A DNA stretch of 64,000 nt from an uncultured cyanobacterium (GTDB lineage: Bacteria > Cyanobacteriota > Cyanobacteriia > Phormidesmidales > Phormidesmidaceae), in the NCBI GenBank assembly GCA_963793265.1, contig CAWBZI010000005.1:32001-96000 (forward strand), read 5' to 3'. The notes under the pieces are model-generated. The model did no database searches. It saw nothing but the letters and a program-made list of their open reading frames with translations, and was not told the DNA's origin. The position numbers and the translations under genes were made by a program. Below, one piece after another: positions 53,284-62,407 of the stretch (positions are counted from its first letter, which is position 1; each line of letters starts with the position of its first letter).

Positions 53284-54426
53284 TTAGGCCGGAATCGCCG
53301 GATTCAGTCCCAGCGCTTCCATCACCCGCTTCGTATCGAAATACTGCTCCATCAGGTGCTTAATGCACTCCACCTTAATCGGCTCATGCAGCCGCACCTG
53401 CTCAAACGCCTGCTCGATTGCCTCCACCGTCGAGAGCGTATCCAAATCCACCGACAAAATTGGCACTTCCAAATCATTCGCCCGGTTCAAAATGTCCTCT
53501 CTCGGAGACAGCCGACCCGTCAGCACCAGGCACTGCGTCGAGCTTTCTAACGCCGCCATTTGAATATCGAATCTGTCGCCCCCCGTCACCACCGCCATAT
53601 TGTGCGCCTGGTTGAAATATCGCAGCGCCGAATTCGCATTCATCGCCCCAATCGAAATTTCTTCCACCATAATCTGGTCTAAACGCTCAGTCTTATTCAG
53701 CATCTCAGCATTGAGCTGATGCACCAGCGCCTCCACACTCACGCTGCGCATAATCGCCGTACGCGGCAAAATGCCAAACACCTTAATATCCCGATGCTCT
53801 AAAAACTGCTTCACCGGATTCAGCGCGTTCTCCATCAGCGACTCGGGCACATCATTAATCACCACGCCCAGCAGCTTATCGCCCAGCTTTTGCTTCGCCG
53901 CCAGCAGCTTATCCACCACCAGCGCCGACTGATAGCGCGTCACCAAAATCACCGCCGCCCCGCTCATCTGCGCCATATCCGGCAGCGATAGCCCAAACAG
54001 CGATCCCTCGTCCAAATCGCCCGGCCCCTCAATTAGCAAGACATCTTCGCCCTCACCTTTGAGCGCATCTTCTAGGGCAGATGGTGAAACCAGCTTTTCC
54101 TGAGTGAGCTGCTGAGCGATCGTGTCCTCATCTAAAGCAAACAGCGTCGGGCGAACTCTGCTTTTATCCAGCTTGAGCGTACTGCTAATGAATCGAACGT
54201 CTTCATCTATAGCATCATCACTTTCGCTGGGGCAGGTGCCGATTGGCTTGGCGTAGGCGATGTCTAGACCGTGCGATCGCAACTGCAAAGCCAACCCCAA
54301 AACGGTAGCCGACTTCCCGCTATACGACTCTACAGAGCCAATCAGCAAACGCTGAGACGAACGATCAGATCTGGATGACTGGTGGCTCACGCCGATAAAC
54401 TCCTTACACGGGGGCTGCTTAAGCAA
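53284..54426 (-). CDS. phosphotransacetylase-family protein (BioD-like N-terminal domain + DRTGG), no catalytic PTA domain
   Basis: YSGKS, KPIG, LIEG.G, IGAM, VTGGDR.DI, LVLTG. Confidence 0.88.
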   Translation of the reverse strand: MLKQPPCKEFIGVSHQSSRSDRSSQRLLIGSVESYSGKSATVLGLALQLRSHGLDIAYAKPIGTCPSESDDAIDEDVRFISSTLKLDKSRVRPTLFALDEDTIAQQLTQEKLVSPSALEDALKGEGEDVLLIEGPGDLDEGSLFGLSLPDMAQMSGAAVILVTRYQSALVVDKLLAAKQKLGDKLLGVVINDVPESLMENALNPVKQFLEHRDIKVFGILPRTAIMRSVSVEALVHQLNAEMLNKTERLDQIMVEEISIGAMNANSALRYFNQAHNMAVVTGGDRFDIQMAALESSTQCLVLTGRLSPREDILNRANDLEVPILSVDLDTLSTVEAIEQAFEQVRLHEPIKVECIKHLMEQYFDTKRVMEALGLNPAIPA

Positions 54427-54546
54427 AAAAGAGCCAGCCTAACCCAGGTTGTGTAGGGTCTGACCAGCTCTTTGCATTAAATATAAGTTATTTCAGGAAT
54501 CGAAACCATCAAGTTATGGAATTCGACCAGCTAAAATACTGGCCTG

Positions 54547-54921
54547 TTATTCATCCATCCGCAGCAGCTTGCGATAGAAGCTCTGACCAAAATCAGGCTC
54601 CTGATCCTGGTTCATCGCCACTACCACCGTGATCAAAAAGTCCACAAACTCAAACGTCGCCATCGTGATCTCATAAGTGAGTTCAGCGTCACCATCAAAC
54701 TGCATTCGGCAGCGGGTGAGGTCGGCGGGCAGCATCGAAACATTCCACGTCGCTAAAAAAGAGATGCTGTCGGTGCCCTCAATTTTGCGTTCGCCTTCAA
54801 TATTGGCCTGCTTGTAAAGGCCAATGGCATAGGGCAAAGCGTTGCGTTTTTTGCCCTGATAGTACGGCAGATACACGCTGGCCTCTGCTTTGTTGGCAGG
54901 CTTGATAGATTTAAGCGACAT
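54547..54921 (-). CDS. ebsA: type IV pilus/biofilm-suppression protein EbsA
   Basis: VY.PYYQG.KR..LP.A..LY.....EG.R.IEG, DF...FYRKL. Confidence 0.9.
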   Translation of the reverse strand: MSLKSIKPANKAEASVYLPYYQGKKRNALPYAIGLYKQANIEGERKIEGTDSISFLATWNVSMLPADLTRCRMQFDGDAELTYEITMATFEFVDFLITVVVAMNQDQEPDFGQSFYRKLLRMDE

Positions 54922-55081
54922 AGCGGCTTTTTGTAACGGTTCTTCGCTTTAGAATGCCCGCCTGAGCCGTTAACTTAATCACAGCTTCATAGGTCAGACG
55001 CAGGCCGATAGGAAAAGAGAAGGATGAGGGAATATGGTTAAATTAAGAAATATTTGTTAAGGGATCTAAACAAAAATACGC

Positions 55082-56461
55082 ATGTCAGATTTCGCTGAAA
55101 CGCTCGCGCCCGAGTTAGACCCAGAAGTGGACTTGGCCTTTAACGCTGAGCTATTTAAGGGATATGCCGGAAGGCGGTTAAAAGCAGCGATCGCCCTCGC
55201 TATTTTATGGGTCATCACCCTCATACTCCACCTCGTTCCCTGGGGTCAAACCCTGGTGTTCATCATCGCCGGGCTCATGAGCATCCACGCCCTGCGCGTC
55301 ATGCTTGCCAAGCCGTTGACTGCGCCTGAAGCGTTGCCTTCAGTCTCAGAAAGTTCAGCGATCGCCCCTACCCTTCCCTACGTCTCGCTCATCGTCGCCG
55401 CCAAAAACGAAGAGCACGTCATCGGCAAACTCGTCGAGTCTTTACTACACATCGACTATCCCACCTCACGCTACGACCTGTGGATTATCGACGACTACAG
55501 CACTGACAAGACGCCCCAAATCCTCGACAACTTAGCCCAAAGCTACCCTCGCCTCAACGTCATCCACAGAGGCCCCGATGCAACGGGTGGTAAGTCTGGT
55601 GCACTCAACTTGGTATGGCCGCAGACTAGAGGCGACATTTTGGCCGTGTTCGATGCTGACGCGCGCGTGAGTCATGATCTGCTGCGTCATGTAGTGCCTA
55701 TGTTTGACGCTAAGCAAGGCGGTGGCAAGACTGGGGCCGTGCAGGTACGGAAGGCGATCGCGAACGCTACTACAAACTTTTGGACGCGCGGGCAAAAAGC
55801 TGAAATGGCCCTCGATAGCTACATGCAGGAGCGGCGGATTGCCATTGGCGGCATTGGTGAGCTGCGCGGCAACGGCCAGTTTGTGCGGCGAAGTGCGATC
55901 GCTCAGTGCGGCGGCTGGAACGAAGAAACCATCACCGACGATCTCGATCTCACCATTCAGCTTCACATTCATCAGTGGAACATCGGCCTGCTCTTTACCC
56001 CACCCGTCGAAGAAGAAGGCGTGACCACCGCTAAGGCACTCTGGCATCAGCGCAACCGTTGGGCAGAAGGCGGCTTTCAGCGCTATTTGGACTACTGGCG
56101 ACAGCTTGCGAAAAACAAGCTGGGCTGGCAAAAGTCAATTGATATGGCAGGCTTTTGGATTATTCAATACATGATGCCTGCGGTCGTCGTGCCCGATTTT
56201 GCGATCGCCCTCATCCGCCATCAGCTCCCTGTCTTTGGCCCCATCACCCTCTTAGGCATCGTTCTTTCTCTATGGGGCATGTTCAAAACCCTCCGCCGCG
56301 CCGAAAAAACCGCCCCCTGGATCGCCTGCATCCAAACCATTCGCGGCACAGTTTACATGCTGCATTGGGTGCTAGTCATTGCCACAATGGCTATGCGGAT
56401 TTCGATACGACCCAAGAAACTAAAGTGGGTGAAAACGGTTCACGGTTCGACGACAGCATAG
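55082..56461 (+). CDS. mgdA: GT2 beta-monoglucosyldiacylglycerol synthase
   Basis: AKNEE, DD.S.D, GGKSGALN, FDAD, ELRGNG, TDDLD, QR.RW; divergent from ebsA. Confidence 0.85.
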   Translation: MSDFAETLAPELDPEVDLAFNAELFKGYAGRRLKAAIALAILWVITLILHLVPWGQTLVFIIAGLMSIHALRVMLAKPLTAPEALPSVSESSAIAPTLPYVSLIVAAKNEEHVIGKLVESLLHIDYPTSRYDLWIIDDYSTDKTPQILDNLAQSYPRLNVIHRGPDATGGKSGALNLVWPQTRGDILAVFDADARVSHDLLRHVVPMFDAKQGGGKTGAVQVRKAIANATTNFWTRGQKAEMALDSYMQERRIAIGGIGELRGNGQFVRRSAIAQCGGWNEETITDDLDLTIQLHIHQWNIGLLFTPPVEEEGVTTAKALWHQRNRWAEGGFQRYLDYWRQLAKNKLGWQKSIDMAGFWIIQYMMPAVVVPDFAIALIRHQLPVFGPITLLGIVLSLWGMFKTLRRAEKTAPWIACIQTIRGTVYMLHWVLVIATMAMRISIRPKKLKWVKTVHGSTTA

Positions 56462-56469
56462 GGCGTGGA

Positions 56470-57282
56470 CTAGGTATTTATCCGCTTTTGTGGTGCTGTT
56501 ACAACCCGCACTATCATCACGACCAATCCAACCGACAGGCCCACACCCAGAATGCTGATGACCGGAATAGCGCCGATGTGGCGAATTGCGATCGCTACCA
56601 AAGCCCACACCACCACACCCGGATAAACAGCATCCCTGTACCGCAAAGCAATCAGCCCGCCAATCGCAGCGCTGACGCACATCATCACGACCGTCCACAC
56701 GATGTCATTGGTTGAAGCGCTATTCACCACGCCCAGCACAGTTTCCACTGGCTCAGGCGAGCGATTCGTCATATACAGTGCACCTGCCACATTAACGACA
56801 GCCGCCACCGTAATCCAGCCAAAATAAACGCTAATAGGGGCCTGCATCAGCCAGCGAGCCTTACGGGTTGGCTTTACCAAGCGCGTTTGCACATAGGCAA
56901 AGGCCAAGCAGACCAAAATGCCCAGCATCAGCACCACCGATAGCCAGAAATTAAACGTCAAGAAGGCGTACAGCCAAACTATTTGAAACAGACAGGCACC
57001 AATCAGCGCATAAGACACCTTGGAAATCGTCGAGCTATCTCTTTGAGCAGGCAAAAGCTGATACACGCTGTAGGCAATTAGAGCGATGTAAATGAGCCCC
57101 CAAATCGCAAAGGCATAGCCTTCTGGCGTAATTAGCACCCCGCTCAAAATTGTGTTGGAAACTTCGCCCGTATTTTTACCAGCAGGCGGATAGACATTGG
57201 AAAGGCCATTGATCGCGATCGCCATCAAAACCGCCACCGCCGTCAGCCATCGCCCGATGCCCGCACTCATCGTCTTTTGCAT
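56470..57282 (-). CDS. TspO/MBR-related tryptophan-rich membrane protein
   Basis: TP.GYAFAIWGLIY, Y.GWITVA..VN, V.VWA..AI. Confidence 0.8.
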   Translation of the reverse strand: MQKTMSAGIGRWLTAVAVLMAIAINGLSNVYPPAGKNTGEVSNTILSGVLITPEGYAFAIWGLIYIALIAYSVYQLLPAQRDSSTISKVSYALIGACLFQIVWLYAFLTFNFWLSVVLMLGILVCLAFAYVQTRLVKPTRKARWLMQAPISVYFGWITVAAVVNVAGALYMTNRSPEPVETVLGVVNSASTNDIVWTVVMMCVSAAIGGLIALRYRDAVYPGVVVWALVAIAIRHIGAIPVISILGVGLSVGLVVMIVRVVTAPQKRINT

Positions 57283-57569
57283 ACTTTTCTACCCACTTAC
57301 AGCTAACCCTCACCGTAGTTGAAACAGGTAGCCCAAAACCTATAGCTTCGGCAGTATGTTTCCATGGTCTTCAAGTATCTATTCGTCCTCCGATCAAGTG
57401 GTGCATTGAAATCACCAACTTCGACTTCACCGTCATCAATGCATGTTAAGCAATACGAACTTTCTTTCGCGCTGCTTAGCGTTTTGCAAGGATTTTTCAT
57501 CTATTAAAGAGTTTTCGTTGGCTAAGGTAAAAGAACTCACGAAATACCTTTTTGGCACTCTTTAAGACA

Positions 57570-58103
57570 ATGAACATTTCAAAGCTTCCTTCGCCGCTGA
57601 CTCGCAGACAGTTCAACTGGGACACCTTAGTTTTGACGGTGGTAGCCTTTTGGCTGAGCGCTAGCGTACTGATGGACTTTTTTATGATGCCGATGATGTA
57701 CGAGTCCGGCATGATGAATGAGCCTAATTTTGCAACGGCTGGCTATAGCTTGTTTTGGATGTTCAACCGAGTAGAGCTACTGTGTGCGGGCGCAATTATG
57801 AGCGGTCTGCTGGCACTGCGCCAAAGACGGAGCCGGTTTGATGTACAGGTCAGCGGTTCTCAAAGTCGGTGGGCACTGATGCTGAGCGGATTGTTGATGG
57901 CGATCGCACTCCTCTACACCTACGTGCTCACCCCGCAAATGAGCGCACTGGGCATGAACCTCAGCATGGACTTCACTGCCCCTGCCCCCGAGGCCATGGG
58001 CTACATGCACGTTCTCTACTGGGGCCTAGAAGCCGTGAAGCTATTCGCCGCTGCCTGGCTCGTGAAGCTTTGCTACCGTGATGTGGCTGCAATGTTTGAG
58101 TAA
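57570..58103 (+). CDS. DUF4149-like membrane protein
   Basis: Four TMs; FNRVELLC, TPQMSALG, H..YW.LE..K. Confidence 0.7.
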   Translation: MNISKLPSPLTRRQFNWDTLVLTVVAFWLSASVLMDFFMMPMMYESGMMNEPNFATAGYSLFWMFNRVELLCAGAIMSGLLALRQRRSRFDVQVSGSQSRWALMLSGLLMAIALLYTYVLTPQMSALGMNLSMDFTAPAPEAMGYMHVLYWGLEAVKLFAAAWLVKLCYRDVAAMFE

Positions 58104-58135
58104 GCGCCTCACAGCCTACCTCTTGAATAAACTAA

Positions 58136-58174
58136 GCGCCCGATGCAGTTCTTCATTCTGCGTCGGGCGTTTTA
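58136..58174. terminator. bidirectional intrinsic terminator
   Basis: GCGCCCGATGCAG...CTGCGTCGGGCGT stem followed by TTT, between convergent genes. Confidence 0.7.
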
Positions 58175-58457
58175 TTCTGGAATATCGCTATCGGGCCATA
58201 GCAGCCGCACGGCTAGCAGGCCAAATCCGATTGCGGCGATGCCTTTGACGACCTTTTCGGGGAGGAGAGCAGCGGTGCTTTCGCCTAAAAGGACGCTGAT
58301 TAGACGAGGCGAGTAGAAGGGCGCAGGCTGAGCCTAAGAAGACGGCTTTGGGGGAGGAGGTGGAGCCGCCGAGTGCGATCGCTGCCAACTGACTCTTATC
58401 ACCTAGCTCTGAGACAAAAACGGTCACAAAGCTGACCAGCAAAAGTTGAAAATCCAT
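58172..58457 (-). pseudogene. UPF0016/GDT1 half-transporter (Hmx2-like), +1 frameshift near 58304
   Basis: ELGDKSQ motif; removing one base at TCG[T]CTA gives ...ASLISVLLGESTAALLPEKVVKGIAAIGFGLLAVRLLWPDSDIPE*. Confidence 0.85.
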
Positions 58458-58484
58458 ATCACTACCTCACTTACTGGCCCACAC

Positions 58485-58850
58485 TTACTGGCCCAAAATA
58501 TCGCCAACCAAACCAATCGTAATTAGCAATAGTAAAATCCCAGCGCAGGTATCAAGCGTTTCTTCCGAAACCCGCTTAGACATCCACTGGCCGAGTAGCA
58601 CACCTACCAGGCTCGTCGAAACTAGAGCCAGCCCAGCCCCTAAGAAAACCACGAATGGAGCCTGAGACTCTGCGCTTAGTAGCAGCGTAGCCACCTGAGT
58701 TTTATCGCCTAGCTCTGCTAAGAAAATGGTGATGAACGTTGAGAAAAAGACGCCCCAAAACGCATTTGGCTTATCGTCAAGAGTGGGTTCAACCACAGGC
58801 AGTTCGATAGGCGAATTAGAGTCAGGCGGCGCAGATTTGGGGAGGCTCAC
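58485..58850 (-). CDS. UPF0016/GDT1 half-transporter (Hmx1-like Mn/Ca exchanger)
   Basis: FLAELGDKTQ motif, three TMs. Confidence 0.9.
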   Translation of the reverse strand: MSLPKSAPPDSNSPIELPVVEPTLDDKPNAFWGVFFSTFITIFLAELGDKTQVATLLLSAESQAPFVVFLGAGLALVSTSLVGVLLGQWMSKRVSEETLDTCAGILLLLITIGLVGDILGQ

Positions 58851-58930
58851 AGTAAACGCGATTTTTATATTTTTTCATTATCTGTAAAGCCGACCACATG
58901 CGCAATCGTCAGCTAACTGCGGCCTAGTCG

Positions 58931-59314
58931 CTAATCTTCAGCAGTCAGCTCTATCACCTGACTCTCGATGCCCACAGCCTCGTAAAACCGATCTATCTCA
59001 GCGCTGCGATTGCCGTACACGCCCGTAATCTGCTGCTCGCAGCATTCAATGGCAAAGTCGTTTAGCTCAGTGGGTGGCACATGGTAGAGCTGTTCAAAGG
59101 TGTCAGGTTGGACGCGGCAAAAGTTAGGGCGTTCGTCGTAGATACGGCAGTTGCGCTCGGCTTTGTCGTAGTTGATGCACCAGCCGTCATCACCGACCAT
59201 GCTCATGTACAGCGATAGCTCTGTCGGGGATAGATAGTCAGAGAGATCGGGGCGGTCTGCTGGGTCGAGCTGGCAGCAGGCACCGCAGTTTTTTACGCAC
59301 TGCCAAGTAGCCAT
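58931..59314 (-). CDS. YkgJ/UPF0153 cysteine-cluster protein
   Basis: C...CGACC, C.......C.IY..RP.FCR, CC. Confidence 0.9.
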   Translation of the reverse strand: MATWQCVKNCGACCQLDPADRPDLSDYLSPTELSLYMSMVGDDGWCINYDKAERNCRIYDERPNFCRVQPDTFEQLYHVPPTELNDFAIECCEQQITGVYGNRSAEIDRFYEAVGIESQVIELTAED

Positions 59315-59507
59315 TTTGAAGAAATGAAAGGGTTAGAACACTCTTTAGTTGAACATAAATAATGCGACTTTTGAAAAATTAGAACGATGTAAACAAAAGT
59401 TACATAGCGGGCCACAAAGGGCAACGGCGGCTCCCGCCAACAGGTACAATGCTTTTGAGTAAATATTGACGCAATAAGTGGTTCGGCTAGAACTGTTCGG
59501 AGGATAA

Positions 59508-59660
59508 ATGGATCTTTTAGCAATAAGTTTGGGTAACCCCCTGTCTTTTCTAGGTGGTATTGATTTTGTACTGATCGCTCAGCTTACGATGCTGGCTTTG
59601 GTCGTCATTTCTGGCCCTGCTGTCGTGTTCTTGCTAGCCCTTCGAGGCGGCGACCTGTAA
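59508..59660 (+). CDS. psb30: photosystem II protein Psb30/Ycf12 (50 aa, below the ORF-track size cutoff)
   Basis: MDLLAISLGNPLSFLGGIDFVLIAQLTMLALVVISGPAVVFLLALRGGDL*; GGAGG ribosome-binding site. Confidence 0.93.
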   Translation: MDLLAISLGNPLSFLGGIDFVLIAQLTMLALVVISGPAVVFLLALRGGDL

Positions 59661-59712
59661 GTTTTTAGCGCCTGTAGGGTTTCTATTCTGATAGGTCTTT
59701 AATAATTCCTTG

Positions 59713-59750
59713 AATTCCCTTGTTCTACAGTTAGTAGCGAGGGAATTTTT
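59713..59750. terminator. hairpin terminator between psb30 and ispD
   Basis: AATTCCCT...AGGGAATT stem with T-tract. Confidence 0.55.
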
Positions 59751-59768
59751 GCATTCTGCGATGAGCTT

Positions 59769-60455
59769 TTACTGCCGGTTGCGCTGCTGAAGAATGAGCT
59801 GTGCGATCGCTAAATCAATCGGCGTCGTCACCTTCAAATTCGTCTCTTCACCTTCAACAATGCTCACTGGCACCCCGCATTTTTCCAACAGCGCCGCATC
59901 ATCGGTGACCTGCCAGTTCTCGCGATCGCCCCGATTATGACACTCCTTTAATAAATCTACCTCAAACCCCTGTGGTGTCTGCGCAGCCCAAAGCCTTGAG
60001 CGCTCAGGCGTATTCGTAATTACGCCCTGCTCATCCACCTCTTTAATCGTGTCTTTTACGGGCACCGCCGTAATAAAGCCCTTTGTCTTCAAAGCCGCCG
60101 CTGCACAGCGTTCAAACAGTTCAGGCGTCGCTAAGCATCGCGCACCATCGTGGATCAGTACGTGATTAGCATTCACTGGGAGCGATCGCACCCCGTTAAA
60201 CACAGACGCCTGCCGCGTATCGCCGCCTTGAATAAAGGCCACCGTTTTATTGACCTTGCACTCGCTTCTAATTTGCTCAATCACCGGCATATCTAGCGGC
60301 TGACAGATAATGCCAATCCACTTAATGCTGGGTGCAGCCGCAGCGGCTTCTAGCGTCCAAGACAATATAGGACGGCCAAATAGAGTCATGAGCAGTTTGT
60401 TGCGATCGCTGCCCATGCGACGGCCTACGCCTGCTGCTGCCAAAAGTAAATGCAT
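59769..60455 (-). CDS. ispD: 2-C-methyl-D-erythritol 4-phosphate cytidylyltransferase
   Basis: AAG.GRRM....K, GG.TRQ.SV, IHDGAR, QTPQ.F, TDD, N.KVTTP.D. Confidence 0.97.
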   Translation of the reverse strand: MHLLLAAAGVGRRMGSDRNKLLMTLFGRPILSWTLEAAAAAPSIKWIGIICQPLDMPVIEQIRSECKVNKTVAFIQGGDTRQASVFNGVRSLPVNANHVLIHDGARCLATPELFERCAAAALKTKGFITAVPVKDTIKEVDEQGVITNTPERSRLWAAQTPQGFEVDLLKECHNRGDRENWQVTDDAALLEKCGVPVSIVEGEETNLKVTTPIDLAIAQLILQQRNRQ

Positions 60456-60666
60456 AGATGATTAACGGTGGTAGATATTAGCTTCAGTAGATAGGTGAAA
60501 CAATGACTGCGAGCAAATGTGAACAAACAGCAATTAGCCTGTAGCTTAGAGCACCGTTTCTACCTAATTTACGGGTGATTTCGGTTTTATTCCTAACGGC
60601 AAGCGCGTTAACTCCCAACGTCACTTAAGATAGTGAACGGATAAAAGTATCAAGATTTTAACCCGC

Positions 60667-61644
60667 ATGCGTATACTGGCCCTAGTCCCTGGCGGCATCA
60701 GCGATCAGCTTTTGTTTTTCCCAGCCTTAGAAGATATCAAGAAGGTATACCCAAACGCGGAGATCGCGGTCGTTGCTGAACCGAAGGCGACCGCCGCCTA
60801 CCGAGTTTCAAAAATTGTCGATCTCGTTATACCGTTTGCCTTTTCAGGGGCCAACAGTCCTTCTGACTGGGCGAATTTGTTGGGGATTATCCGCGATCGC
60901 GAATACGAAGTCGCCATCACCAGCAATACCAAATGGGGCACAGGCTTACTACTGTGGCTCAGCGGCGTACCCACGCGAATTGCCTACAACACAACCGGCA
61001 CACCTTGGTTTTACACGGCAACCGTACCCGACAACGCTCAGGGCGATCCCCAATATCAGGCAGAGCGCTACCACGATTTGCTCAGCGCGATTAATATTGA
61101 TGGCGCTACGCCGCTGCCGACGATTAATGTGCCTGAAGCCGATGTGACTTGGGCCAATGCTTTGCGCGATCGCCTCAACCTAAAGAGTGGCTACGTGCTG
61201 ATGTATCCCGGCCCTGCGACAGGTAACGGCGACAACGGCGCTAGCTATCCTACTGCTAGCTGGCAAACCCTGATCAAAGACTTTCGTGAGAAACAGCCCA
61301 ACCTCCCTGTGGTGCTACTACAAACAGACGACAGCGCTGGGCAAGTCAACCTGTTAAAGCAGGCAGACGCCACGCTCATTGTCGCCACCGCAGGCAACTT
61401 AGGTCAGGCTGCCGCTATCATCGCGGGCGCTGATTTGATGCTTAGCCCAGATAGCCATATCATGCAGCTAGCCGTTGCGCTCAAAGTGTTTACGCTAGCC
61501 CTCTTCGGCAAAAATAAGCCCGAAGAAATGCTGCCACCCATTCAGGGTGAGGAAACTCGCTTCTTAGGGATTCCGTCTAGCACTAGCAAAGTCGCTGATA
61601 TTGAGCCCGAGGCCGTTTTACAAAAAGTGTGGGGCGGCAGCTAA
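60667..61644 (+). CDS. glycosyltransferase family 9 protein
   Basis: GGI.DQLL.FP, DS..MQLA.A......LFG. Confidence 0.88.
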   Translation: MRILALVPGGISDQLLFFPALEDIKKVYPNAEIAVVAEPKATAAYRVSKIVDLVIPFAFSGANSPSDWANLLGIIRDREYEVAITSNTKWGTGLLLWLSGVPTRIAYNTTGTPWFYTATVPDNAQGDPQYQAERYHDLLSAINIDGATPLPTINVPEADVTWANALRDRLNLKSGYVLMYPGPATGNGDNGASYPTASWQTLIKDFREKQPNLPVVLLQTDDSAGQVNLLKQADATLIVATAGNLGQAAAIIAGADLMLSPDSHIMQLAVALKVFTLALFGKNKPEEMLPPIQGEETRFLGIPSSTSKVADIEPEAVLQKVWGGS

Positions 61645-61722
61645 CGCGCCTGCGATCGCCATACGATTGTTGGCGCTCATCTATGCAAACCTTATCGTCG
61701 TCAAAAACTGTCGCCAAAAACT

Positions 61723-62388
61723 ATGGATAGTATTCAAATACAGGCTTCTAAGCTTTGGAACCTGTTGTTTTCGGACGAAACAGCCGCAACCTACCAAAAG
61801 ACGCTCAATCTAACAGGCACCATCCTTAAGGAAACTGCTCAGCTCGTTTGGCTAATTATTTGCTCAGCGTTTGTATTTGGAGCCTGGTTCGCAGATACGT
61901 CTGTTCAAGCAGGCAAAGGCATTCGCAATTGGTTGGATAGAAAGGTCGATCCTGATAGTGTGCCGACCGATCCAGAGGCGATCGCCGACAAAGGCAAAAG
62001 CCTACTCGATACAGGCCGAGTTGGGATGGCGAATCTGCTCAATCAAGCCCGCGAACAGCTTGGCATTGAGCCCCAAGAAATGCCTGCGATCGACCGCGCT
62101 GCGAAAGCAATTAAGCCAGATAAGCCGACTGAGCCCGCTAAGCTACCGACCTCTGCGGCTTCCACAAGTTCTTCTACCACCACTTCAACGGCTTCTACGC
62201 CGTCATCGACGCTCCCAACTAACAAACCGTTTGATAAAAGCGCTGATACGACTGTTGAACCTACCCCTGCGCCCAGCACTCAAACCGTAGGCAGCAGCGT
62301 TGGAGCAGGTAGCCCTAGCTCAGATGATAGTGATGTTGAGATCACAAGAGAAGACGTATACGACGAAAGTACTCAGTACGACGACTAA
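61723..62388 (+). CDS. hypothetical protein with one TM and Ser/Thr-rich tail
   Basis: Long ORF with ATG start, conserved-looking N-terminus, low-complexity C-terminus. Confidence 0.7.
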   Translation: MDSIQIQASKLWNLLFSDETAATYQKTLNLTGTILKETAQLVWLIICSAFVFGAWFADTSVQAGKGIRNWLDRKVDPDSVPTDPEAIADKGKSLLDTGRVGMANLLNQAREQLGIEPQEMPAIDRAAKAIKPDKPTEPAKLPTSAASTSSSTTTSTASTPSSTLPTNKPFDKSADTTVEPTPAPSTQTVGSSVGAGSPSSDDSDVEITREDVYDESTQYDD

Positions 62389-62407
62389 CGCTTGTAGCTC
62401 AACCTCT

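Noticed and set aside
57303..57500. 65-aa ORF upstream of the TspO-like gene
   Set aside because: No recognisable motif or RBS, and it lies in a divergent promoter region
59388..59404. NtcA box upstream of psb30
   Set aside because: The spacer between GTA and TAC is 9 nt, not 8
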